Source: Kudoa neothunni (taxonomy: Eukaryota > Animalia > Cnidaria). From it: 64,000 nt of DNA. Below the pieces are notes generated by a model. It made no database searches, was not told where the DNA came from, and saw nothing but the letters and a program-made list of their open reading frames with translations. The stretch covers positions 12,715,843-12,779,842 of the forward strand of contig OZ199838.1 of the NCBI GenBank assembly GCA_964304625.1, given 5' to 3'. Both the position numbers and the translations under genes were made by a program. This document shows positions 52,630 through 64,000 of this stretch, piece by piece; position 1 is the first letter of the stretch, and each line of letters starts with the position of its first letter.

Positions 52630-54347
52630 TTAATCGGTTAAAAGAAGGTAGTGCCACCCGTTTTATGGGAATATACAAACGTGCGTAAAATGCTATGCGC
52701 TTCGTCACATTCCTAAAGGCAGTGTCGTTGTTATCGACGGAAAAGCGCGATCGTTGTTAGCTTTAATTTTTCTATGTGGTATTTTGATCAATCGAAAACC
52801 AAATAAAAAAATTTTTTTACCGTTATCACTCATACTGAGCTTATTCAACAAAATACTTGGATTAAATATTGTTGTAGTTTATGTCACAAGAGAGTTTAAA
52901 ATCATCTACACCAATGCGCACTTGTGACATATTATTACCTCAAGAAAAACCAAAAAATACGTCAATAGCATTAATTTCCTAATATATTCGGAAAACATAC
53001 TTATACATTCGATTTCGTTGTGAGTATTCCAATACAACTCATTGAATAAAAACCAACAAAACAATAATCGATGTATTTAGACATTCTTAAATCTGTGAAT
53101 ATATAGATGAGATCCGATTATTTAGTTTATCAGTTTGAAATATGGCATCACGTAAACGATGAATATTACTTAGCATTGCTTCCCGACACAAAATTGGGCT
53201 CTCCTATAAAGCCAAGCGTTGAACATTACTTTTATCCATAGTGTAAAACAAAGTGAATTTTCCGCATAATTCTTGTAACAAGAAAAGGTAAGTTTTAAAA
53301 CAGGAAACTTAAAAATCTGATCCGGCTTAATTCATTCTTGTAAGAGGGCTTATTAGATTTGCTCGTTAACTTCAATATTATAAAAGGCATTCGCCGTTTT
53401 TGGCATATATCTTCAAACAAACTTTTCTTATCCAACCGCAATAGAAGACCGTCGATAACAATAACGGAAATCAAATTTTTTGCAATTATGCCATTTTTCT
53501 ATCTCGGAAAAATAACAGGCCGACAAATATTTTTTTAACGAAATATGTTTCTTTGACTTTATTTGCTCCTAAATTCTATTTTGACGTGGAGTTAATTTCA
53601 CTTTGCCGTATTTACAGGCTAGTTCATTTACCACCTTTCCTAAGTCAGTCTACTGAATAAAAATATGAATTTCTCTCCTGCTTTACCCATTTAAATTTCT
53701 TCGAAGGATTTCAAATGTTACCGAGGGGTAAACGTCGAAATTTTTTTGAAAATTCGACGACTTAAGTCGATTTTCGTTTATTACGGTCGAAATCGGTGAA
53801 ACCTATTTATATCTAAAGTTTGGTGTAAATTATAAATAAAGTTGTCTTTTGATAATTATTTTCTAAAATCTATTCAAATTTTACTTTATGTATTATCACG
53901 ATTATATTAGTATGTCGATTTAAATTATAAACTGAAATAAATGTTTATAAAAAATGCTTTTAAGTAGTCTACTTAAATTTATTGAAATAAAAAATATTTG
54001 TCATTGCATCATAAAGTAATAAATAAAAATAACTTAAAGTTATAATTTTCATCGGAATTAACAAAATAAAAAACGACGGTCTCATTTTATAAATTCCCTT
54101 TACAGTAAGCGACAAACCATAGTGGATTATCGCACCACTCTCGGGAAGCTCTGGAGTATTAAAACAAATAAGGAAAACTCTATGTAAGAAGGCTATGAAT
54201 GAAACATCAGTTTTAATCGCCTCATATTGAAAAATGGAAAATAATAAATTTACAACCGATTTTGTTCCTTCACTTAATAATAAGCTCGCACTTTAAAGTT
54301 ATACTAAGCTGACATTTTATGCTTCCAATAAGTGTTGTATTTGTTTA

Positions 54348-55525
54348 TCCTTCCTTATATATATAAAAGAGGACTGTCGGTATGTTTGTGTGTGTGTATG
54401 CCCCTAAGTACGCATGTGCAGATAATTTTTTCCTTATAGAGAGCCATATATAAAATTTTTATAAATTTGCGATATTTAAAAAAATCGTTTAATTGTTGTC
54501 GGACTACGAAAGTTTCCAAAAAGTATTTATGAAATAGTGATTTTGTCGATCTAAAGTTTGTTTTCCGGATTAAATGAGTTCAACTATGAGATTAGCACTT
54601 GCTTATTTCATGGTTATGGTCGGTTGAAGTTAACTATCTCCTTTATATGCTCCATCATATGTTCATTAACTGCTTCTATCTATCTTTATATATAAGGTTG
54701 GCGTTTCTATTTGGGTGTCTGTTTAAACACACTCCTTATTTGCGGAGTTTTAACATATATGACTTGATAAGTATATTTTATAAGTTCTATTAATGGTTTT
54801 AAATGTGGTAAAAAATCTATATATGTTTCATAAATAACGAATTCGTGGAGAACGTTAAAGTTACATTGATTGAAGCGTTATAATGGAAATACTGCGTTCA
54901 TAGGTTTCATTAAATTGTCCGCTAAGTTTTACTTTACGTGATTAAATTCAATGCGGATGGTTGTACTTTTATTTCACCAAATTATTTAAATTGTTTATGT
55001 TGAAATCGACGCAATTTGTGACTGTCTATGATAAAAGCGCATGTATGTTTATGCCGAGCTAAACGATGCTAATTTTAGCAATATCGATTAATTTTCATAA
55101 GTTTTCTTCTCTCTTTTGTTTTTTCTATTTTTTTACCTCTTTAAAAGTTAGTGGTGCACCCAGTTACCGAGCCAGGCCAGAATTCGACTTTTAAAAATCC
55201 CCCGGGCCAAAAAATAACGTTTTAGATAACACTTTAACGGGATTTAAATAATTCGGAATGAATAAAATACAACGCTGTCCTTAACTTGTTTAGCGTTGAT
55301 ACCAAGCCACAAAATTTTTAAATGGACGCAGGGATTGATACCTTTCTTCACAGAAAATATCATAATTTAAATTGCATAATCCAAATCGTTATTGTAAGTT
55401 GCTTAAAAATTTGTAGTTATTTTTTTTCTATGGGTTAATTCGAGATTTCATTATATTTTTTGAATGCTATTAAAAATGCCTCTAGACGAAATCTTCCCCA
55501 AGCAACGCTGGGCAGTTCGCGCTAG
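54348..55525 (+). mobile_element. Non-autonomous Helitron(s): two 5' ends (54348, 54679) and one 3' end
   Basis: A|TC..TATATATAA..GTCTG/GTGTGT starts. 3' hairpin CCCAAGC-AAC-GCTGGG 9 nt before CTAG|T (55522-55526). Confidence 0.7.
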
Positions 55526-55975
55526 TTTATTCAAAAATATACTTTAAAGCATTGCAGAAGAACGTTAAATTCTATTTTTGCAATTATCGTAGTAACAAAC
55601 TAAAGTATGCGACGAAAACCTGTGAAATAAACGTGACAAATTTGAACCCCAAAAGTTTATTCACGGCGACTATTAAACGATATACTTAACATGAAAACAT
55701 TTCAATTTATTTATAAAAAATAATTTTTCCGCATAGTTACGCAAAAAATACACATAATAAATTGTTAATTCAATAATTTAAAAAAAAACTATTTTTAATA
55801 TCATTTAAAATTACATAAATTTAGAACAAAACGTCAGTAACCTGCTATTTTAAACGCTATAATTATTGATAGTAGAAAAATATGCACAACCGCATTTAGA
55901 ACGTAAAATATTCATATGAAAAAGAAAATAAATCGGGCCACATATAAAAATTAAAATTTTGTAAGTGGAATAAAA

Positions 55976-57468
55976 TTAGACAAAATCAATCTTATTGGAT
56001 TCATTTACCACATCCAAATCATAACAACCTTCGGGCAGCAAAAAAAAATTTATCCACCATATTATCAGACACATCCTCCAAAAATTTGGGATGCCACCTT
56101 GGATTGTTGTCTCGATCGATATACGCGGCTCGAATGCCTTCATAGTAGTCATGATGTCGCATGAAATTCTGCGCCATTCTATATTCATATTTTAGACAAT
56201 CTTCAATCGACATATTTTTAGCCATTTTCAAATAGCGATGTGTCACCTAATCAATATCAAACTTTATTAACACTACACAGAACAAACCTTCAAAGAAGTT
56301 GGCGACATTTTACACATGTTAGTGTAGGCTGCGTGAAGAAGATTATAACTGAATGCTTTCTTGGCTCGCTCTCTCAAGTGAAGCATTATCTCCTCAATTG
56401 TTGGCATTTCGAATATCAACTGAACTTGATCCACCAGAATTTCCTCAATAGTTACTCCCAACGTGACTTGAAATCCACTCAACATTGCCAAATATGATGC
56501 CACCTTCAATCCCATTTGGCTCTTATACGATCCCAAACTCTATAAGAAAAATAACACATTTTCGTGTGATTATATTTGATTAGCTACAATCATGTGTCTT
56601 CGAATATCATCCGTTTCGAATTTGGTAGTGTTGGTTACTAGTCCCCATTTGTTGCATTCTTCAACGTTGAAACTTGCGTTCGAAAACGCCATAAACAAAC
56701 CAATATTATGCGGAATTTGACTGAGGTAATATCCACCGCCACCATCTGGGAAAAACCCAAAAGTACATTCCGGTAGACGCATTGTGCCCAACCTTGACAT
56801 CAGAGAATGGCTGCCATGTGTTACCAAACTGACGCCTCCTATTGAACGGTTACATAAATACGCCAGATTCCATAAAACGTATTCGTATTCGTAGTTAGAA
56901 TACCTCCAACACATGAGCCCTCTACCAATGAGATAAAGGGTTTCTTCGACTTGGCAATCATATAACAGCTAGTGTAATAATCCCGAAAAAAGTTTTTTCT
57001 CATTTGCATCGATTGCTCACTTAGATCTGGTTTCATTCCTTTTTCTGCCACACCTTCTTTGTATAACGCCTTGTGATCTGTCCCCGAACAGAACATCTTA
57101 CCTAAATCGGGGGAGAATTATTGATAATTTTTACGGTGTTTGTCAAGGGGTACAAATCGAGCCTGTCTACCCGGTGCGTCGAGGAAATATGCACTAACGT
57201 CCTCATTATCTTTGGTTAATGTCAATATAGATCTCAAATGCTTTATCATATCATATGAAACTGCATTCATTGCTTCTGGGCGCTGTAGTCGCAATGTAAC
57301 AACCGAATTGGTTACGTCTGTCAACAATGGGCCATCATTACTCCTTATAGTAAAATCAAGTTTTGGGCGATGTATTGTTGTATCTTCACTGCCGACATTA
57401 ATGTAAGTTCTCCGTGGCAGTCTTAAAAACCTTAATGACATTGTAGTGTACGCATGCGCATTTACCAT
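55976..57468 (-). CDS. HIBCH: 3-hydroxyisobutyryl-CoA hydrolase, mitochondrial (crotonase fold), multi-exon; likely start Met at 57441
   Basis: LQRPEAMNA, MFCSGTD, KPFISLVEGSCVGGGVSL, LPECTFGFFPDGGGGYYL, MSPTSLKV, CLKYEYRM, DYYEGIRA.YIDRDNNPRW. Confidence 0.92.
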
Positions 57469-59684
57469 TTTTCAAATATGAAAACACATTGTCACTCATG
57501 CGTATATATATAAGTTCGAACTTTTGATTTTATTCTGATATAAAAGTCTTTGATAGAATTATAAAATAAATATTTTCAGCTCTTATCATAAAATTAGCGT
57601 TTCTTTGTTATCGTCCAAAATTTTAAAAAAGACCTAACATTTTTAAAAATTTGTTATTTTTTATACAGACAAGATATTAAGTGATGATTATTCGAATAAA
57701 CTTGTGTATATATTTTCGCGAGCATATAAATTGTAGCTTAAATATTTTCTATTGATAAGTTAATTCTAAAATAATTTGGAGCGGTTTATTTTTAGGCAGC
57801 GTTCATTGGCAGGTAAATAATTAAATGTAGCAGATTCTAAAAAATTAAATTTGTATATAGCTTATGAGCAAGAAATGTTTGGGTTAAAAATTTATATCGC
57901 GCAAGCGTACATGCCATTTAGTATTAAAGTTTACCGTGCCGATAGACGATCTTATTTTTATTTAGTTAGAAAAATGATCAATTCTGTTGAGGTTGGGTAA
58001 GCCTCAGTTTATTCAAATTAAAATACACATATAATCTTAGATATTACTAAAATTATATTTTAGCTTTTCGTATACAATATTTTATGGATCAATTGTGAAT
58101 TTTTAAAATAGACCAACTGTTTAGTTTTACCAATTTTGACGTACGATCCATATTAATTTTTTTGCGTGCGCATTTAATTTATTGATTAAATTCGTTGTTT
58201 TTAAATATTTAAATAACACTGATATATTATTGTAAGACAATGTTATATTGATTTTATTATTAAAAATTTATTTATTCAGTTTTATATGGTGAATTAGATG
58301 CATAATTGTTGTAAAAAAAGTAATGATCAATTTTTTCAAGATTATTTTAGTTTTTATTTTATAAAAATTATCAGTTATCTTGAATTCGGATATGTTATCA
58401 GTATAGTTTACTCATAGCAATATTTAGGTAATTTTCTATAAAATTGTCATTTTCGAAAAATTAGGTCATGCCAACATTAGTATTTTAAGTCATGAAAATT
58501 TACAAATTACATGCAAAATTAGGGTGTGAATACATCTAGATTTTTTTCAACACATATTTGAAAATAATAGATTATTGCTTTATAAATAAAAAAATTCCCA
58601 GTGTTAACAGTTCAAAAATCTAACTCATTTAAACTATTTGTTGTGTATTTAATTTATATATATTATATTTATTTATTGTTAATTTTTTAATAAAAGTCAC
58701 CAATACAATTTATATTAATCAAAATCAGTTTACATTTTTCAATAAATATTCTCCTTCAATTAGGAGAATTTTTATGAATAATACATGTAGTATAATTCTA
58801 CAAAAGTTTAAAATATTTTTTTAAACGTTATAAAAATGAATACGAATCTAAAGGATAAAGTTTTAAGATGTCTTTTGGTGTCAAATTTAATAGTAGATTC
58901 GAGAAGACAAATATTTCAGTCACTTTTCAAATATTAAAATATGATGTAATTTTTATTTTTTCCCCATTAATGAATATTCTGAATTATTTTAATGTTGCAT
59001 TATTATCTATAAATAATAATGATAATTAGACTCTTTTTGTGTAGAATTATAAAATGTAGAATTACAAGACCAGGTTTCGATTAATTAATGTTATTTTCCA
59101 CTACCGTGTTTTCCCGCGATATGACATACTCAGTAAATAAGACCTAATAAAATGCTCATTAAACACGTAGAATTTGGGATTTGATTTCCATTTTATCTTT
59201 ATTTTTTAAGAGAATAAAGATACTTTCAAATTATATGTTCCTATTCGTATTTTTTCAAACAATATATTATTTTATCGAATAAAGAAAAAAAATTTTTTGA
59301 GTCTGTTACAAATATAAAACCTAATGTCCCTTATTGACCCAAAGAAAATACAAGGCTTGTCTCCGATTCGGGAGAATCGATACTAGACAATCATATGATA
59401 ATTTTAATTAACGTATTACTATTTAAACTTATAATTTATAAATTACTAAGGTTCCAACAACGTAAATAATTTATTTTTATTTATCTAAAGTATAAAATAT
59501 GTAATTCATCTTTCGTGATAACCAAAAGGTATTTAGAATAAATGGTGTATTATATTTATTTAAAAAATATACGCGTTCATTCGTAAAATGAAGAAATAAT
59601 TTTTACAAATTCCAGTTTAAAACGCCACCTAGATAATAAAACTATTAAAATGTTATATCTATTGTTAAATTTTTTAATCATATA

Positions 59685-62567
59685 TTATCTTTTTTGGTAA
59701 GCAATGAATCCTCCAATTCCTCCTATCACAAAAATTGCAGCAATTACTGATACTACAATACTGAAGAAAAAATTAATATATGCATAACTAATCTATTTAC
59801 ATGGTAGTATTCCTTGATCTAAACAATAATTGTTATTATTATTCCAATATAACATTTAAATTTACGTCGATCTACTTCCACTTTCACCTAACATAAAATT
59901 GAAAAAAAATATTATGCAACAAGATTGCCTTTATTTATCTCTTCAGCTCCGAACATTGATTCATCTTGGTTGTGATATACAGTTAAATGATAGTCGTTCA
60001 AGTCTTCAACATTTTCTATTGTAAAACTCTTACAACTTGGAAGTTCCGTGCAATCGTCTCCTGTATTTCTGAGACATCTTTTTACTGTTGGTCTAGCGAC
60101 ATCACTTGAGTTTATTAATACCCACTTACACTTTGACTCTATATCCGTTCCTGCTGGAAGTGTGGTTGTTATTTGTAATGAATTATCAATACGCACAATA
60201 CTAATTATCAATTTCTTGGAAGAATCAGTTGGAACTACTATCTTTGGTTCTAAATTAATTATTAACTTACAGTGATAAGTTTAGAATATTCTAATTGTTA
60301 AGAATATTTTCAGTAAGATTACTTGGAGGTACAATGATTGGAGATTCTTCTGACCGATCTACGGCCGTAACCAAAACTTGGTATTCTTTCGAAGCATCAT
60401 AACCTTCGCTGAATACAATATTATCACAGTTTGGTATTTCAGTGCATGATTTTGAATTTTTTAGCTTGGTTCCAGATGGCTGTTCTCCTGCTCCGGTTCT
60501 AGCGATTGAATGTCCATTTACGCTATTTAATTTTCCCATCAAAGCTGATTTGGTTACTTCTGCAGGACATGAATAAACTCTTTTCCATCTTTCCCCATTC
60601 TTCTCATTGATTTTGTAATTACATTTTGCATCATCTTTAGGCGTTGACAATGTTCCTTTCACTTTAAAACCTCTGTCCAATATTTCCTTTGTAAGCGTAA
60701 GCTTCGAATATTCTATCATTTTTATAAACATTCAAAAAATTTAATTTTATCACTTGTTTTAATGTTTGTGAATATGATAGAACCATACTCTTCATAAGCC
60801 ACTACTTTGATATCATAGCTGGTGTTCGGTTCGAGACCAACAATTGTCCGGGGTTCCTTACACAAACCTCTACAAGGATTACTATCTTCACAAGGTACTT
60901 CCAAAAATATATTCTTTTCTGCCTGCTGACAAAGTAATCGCATGTGGGCTCAGTTATAGCTGTCGTTTGTTCACCGTCGATTGCTTTTACCACACTAGTC
61001 GTATCCCTTGAGCTTGGTGTAGCTGAGTTGAAATCTTTTCCAGTCTTTTTACCTAAAATATTTTTGTATTCTAAAATTTGTTCGTTTATTCTTACTTGTT
61101 TCAATGTAAATGTGCTCTTTATAGTCATTGTAGTTATTCAAATTGTTCTGATCAACTACTAACATTATAGGTCGTCCTTCAGGCAACCCTTGAATCGTGC
61201 GAACCGCGTCACACGTAGTTGGACAATCATCACTAGTTGAACATTTTGCTTTCTTAAGTACATTATTTTTGGTTGTGTCTGCAATATAGTATTTGATTAT
61301 GCATTGAGTCAATTTCACCTCTTCATTAGCTGGTGCAAATAATTTTACATTTAATTTTACCCCAGCAGATGTGACCTCTACTAGTGCATCATCTTCCTCG
61401 GTGGGTTGAATGATGGCTAAAATAGAATAAAATAATTTAATATATCATTTTTACCAAATTTTTTGTATTTATATCCTTCAACCGTTCCGTCCGTATTTTT
61501 CAAACTATGATGTCTTCTTTGAACCAATATTTCAACGATTGGCTTGCTTGGATCAAGATTTAGTTCCACATCATTACAGGGAGCATAACATAGTTTGCTA
61601 GTTGCACCACAGTCTGATGAATAAACAGCTGGATTAGGACTTGCAGCGTCAGATGCATCCCTGATACTAAACAGACATATTTCACTCGGAACTGGCTTAG
61701 TGAATTTAAGATAATATTTGGTTTTGATGTTTGAAGATTTATATCTAACGTAAAATTGTGGCTTGTAAATGTCTATATTTTCTTTCATGTAGTAATCTGG
61801 CATATGGTAATAGAAGATAGGATAATCTGTACATCTCACTTCGAAATATGGAATTTTTACACCGTATTCCACTGCGTTGGCATTACCATCACCTTCCTTA
61901 GAGTAAGCAGAAGCACAGTCACTTCCTGCATCAACATCTTTGTATTTTATGCCCTTATAATAAATTGGGCATGCGACTGGTTTACAAGTGATAGCACGTA
62001 ACATTAATAAATAATCGTTGTGTGTTGAAGCTTGTATATTGACATCTACCAATAACGCTAAATATGCATTAATGTATTAATAAGAGTATCAAGTTTACGT
62101 ATTGAAAATCCAAAAACTTTTCCTCCTCTTTTATGAATATCTTCTTTTACATCATTCGCAGAGGCTCCATCTTTGATGTAAATGTATTTTGATCTTGGAG
62201 AAAGAACGTCGTAACTAAGCTTATTGTTGGCACCAGCACAGGTTCTAACACATTTATTATAAATACCCGTCTCGCTGTTAATACATCTAGAAATTTCATC
62301 AAAGTTGTTGCCATTAGCGTTTTCCTGCATTATGCGGCATTTAGTGCTGGTTGTATAAGCTGTTCCTTTTAGTTCAATAAGAACTTGATCGTATACCCCG
62401 CTTGAACTATCTAACTGATAATAAACTTCTCTGGCAGAAGCAGCACTTGAAGCATCAGCAGAGTAACAAGAATATGCAGCTAAACCAGGAATGATTATAA
62501 TTGTCGATGTGATCAACGTACATGATATGATAATCAGTAAAGTAAAAGGATTCATTTTCAAAATCAT
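59685..62567 (-). CDS. Type-I membrane protein with ~7 tandem 4-Cys FN3-like modules, GG-x-GG TM and 4-residue tail (YQKR); one frameshift near 60920
   Basis: Hydrophobic signal. Repeats C-x15-20-C-x5-10-C-x2-3-C followed by GLEPNTSY-type strands. Phase-1 introns between modules. TM IVVSVIAAIFVIGGIGGFIA, stop at 59685-59687. Confidence 0.75.
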
Positions 62568-64000
62568 CCAAAATTCAACAATACACCTGCTTATATACTA
62601 TTATACCTATTCACAGGTTTAAACATCGTGAATGTAATACAACCAAAAAAATGAATGCCTTATTCATAACGATAATATTCTGTATAGTTAAAAATCTTCG
62701 GAAATGAAATCTTATTAATGCAAACACATACTTTTAAAAATATAATCGGCCTTCGATTTTTTATTCCAAAGTTGCTTCAAAATAAATTAAAAAAACAGCG
62801 TTTCATATTTAAATATAAAGTATCACATCCACAAAAAATCAATTATTTTGCTCTCTAGTTCAAATTTCGTTTACATATCGTCTTAATGGGCTTCCCAATA
62901 TTTCTTAATCTTCGGATTATTGATGATACATTAAAATTGATGTATCAAATTGAAAAATTTATTTATAAGGACTTATAGGCAATCTGAACGTTACTATAAA
63001 AATAATACAAATTAGATAGAATATTAAGACTATATACATCTCATTTGACATTTTATAATTTTAAATTATTTGGTAAAGCTCAAATTTATTTCAAAAATGT
63101 TCGTTATACTAATTTTATTACATAGAGCTTAGTTGACGTCATCCGGTGACACAAAATCTTTAAGAAAAAAGATTTAATTATAGATTTGAACGAATTTAAT
63201 TGTTACTAATATTTAGATATGATAATTTCAACCCAAAGTAATGTTGTTGGATAAATGCGTGATTTTGTGGCTTTATTCATAGAAATGAATTTTTTCTAAA
63301 TTTCTAATATTGTTCGTCTGTTAATTATCTAAGTATATTTTATTGTAAAATAATTCTATATCAGAAATCAACGATACATTCAATTTTTTCATTTTAATTA
63401 ATCAGCGATACTTGAGCTAGTAGACGGTTTCTCAAAATTGTAATCTGTTTAATTACTCTTCAAACATAAAATATTTCAACCGAAATTGAATATTAGTAAA
63501 TTGAAATGTTATTTTGTTAAAAACGTAAAATCCAAAATGCGGCTTATTAGGCTGTGAAGCTATTGTCGACAAAATGAACGTTGTTATCACCGTAGCGAGT
63601 AACACGTAATCCTTCTATCGTACATTTTTCCTATATTTTAAACCACAAAACATCCCCTTCTCGTAGCAACAGTCCTCGTGTTAAACTCTATCCCTTCAAG
63701 TTTTAATGGTGTTAGACGTGTAGGTCTGTAAGATTTTTTATCAATTAATAAGTTCCGCATAATTCAAACGTTTAAACTAACCATACCCACTACGCCAAAC
63801 CAAAATCACAATTGCATCACCTACCGTGTTCCCTCGGAAATAATACCTAGCGATAGTTTGGGTGGGAATTTAAAAAAAGATCTAACATTGTTTCAGAGTA
63901 TGTTGGTAATGATTATTCGACGGCACCTTGATTAATGCGCTTTATTTACAACAATAATGAATAATCAGGTTTTCTATGAAGATAATAACAATTATTTCAC

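Noticed and set aside
57449-57460. NRF1-like CGCATGCGCA motif at the HIBCH start (and GCGCACGC upstream of NDUFS6)
   Set aside because: Similar motifs also occur inside transposons in this window. Two cases are insufficient.
60921-60930. 8-nt GTCAGCAG 'intron' that would repair the frameshift
   Set aside because: Far below any plausible spliceosomal intron size. A 1-bp indel is simpler.
18166-62567. Non-standard genetic code or stop readthrough explaining the fragmented ORFs
   Set aside because: Short GT-AG introns account for the breaks in all conserved genes examined.
63540-63900. Possible non-LTR reverse transcriptase remnant (SYRP-like) on the minus strand
   Set aside because: Single weak motif with no supporting frame.

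Overview
AT-rich eukaryotic (animal) nuclear DNA with very compact genes (most introns about 37-65 nt, two of about 2.2 kb) separated by dense, nested transposon debris. The style suggests a genome-reduced parasitic metazoan such as a myxozoan; this is inference only. Conserved spliced genes: high-affinity choline transporter (SLC5A7-like), a BAR/RhoGAP-like protein apparently lacking catalytic residues, RMDN1, NDUFS6, PANK4 (PanK + DUF89) and HIBCH. Three related type-I membrane proteins built from 4-Cys FN3-like modules look lineage-specific. Mobile elements: three Merlin (IS1595/ISXO2-like) copies, pogo/Tigger elements, four piggyBac elements (one nested in another), a MULE, Helitron ends, a hAT MITE, a two-copy hairpin + tRNA-like repeat, a complete 4.19-kb Gypsy retrotransposon with only 97/98-bp LTRs, and a separate 83-bp solo LTR. 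The best candidates for new biology are the 4-Cys FN3 surface-protein family, the ultra-short-LTR retroelements, and inferred active-site changes in RhoGAP, PANK4 and SLC5A7. Several frameshifts look like homopolymer assembly errors. All gene models were spliced by eye and no database searches were run.
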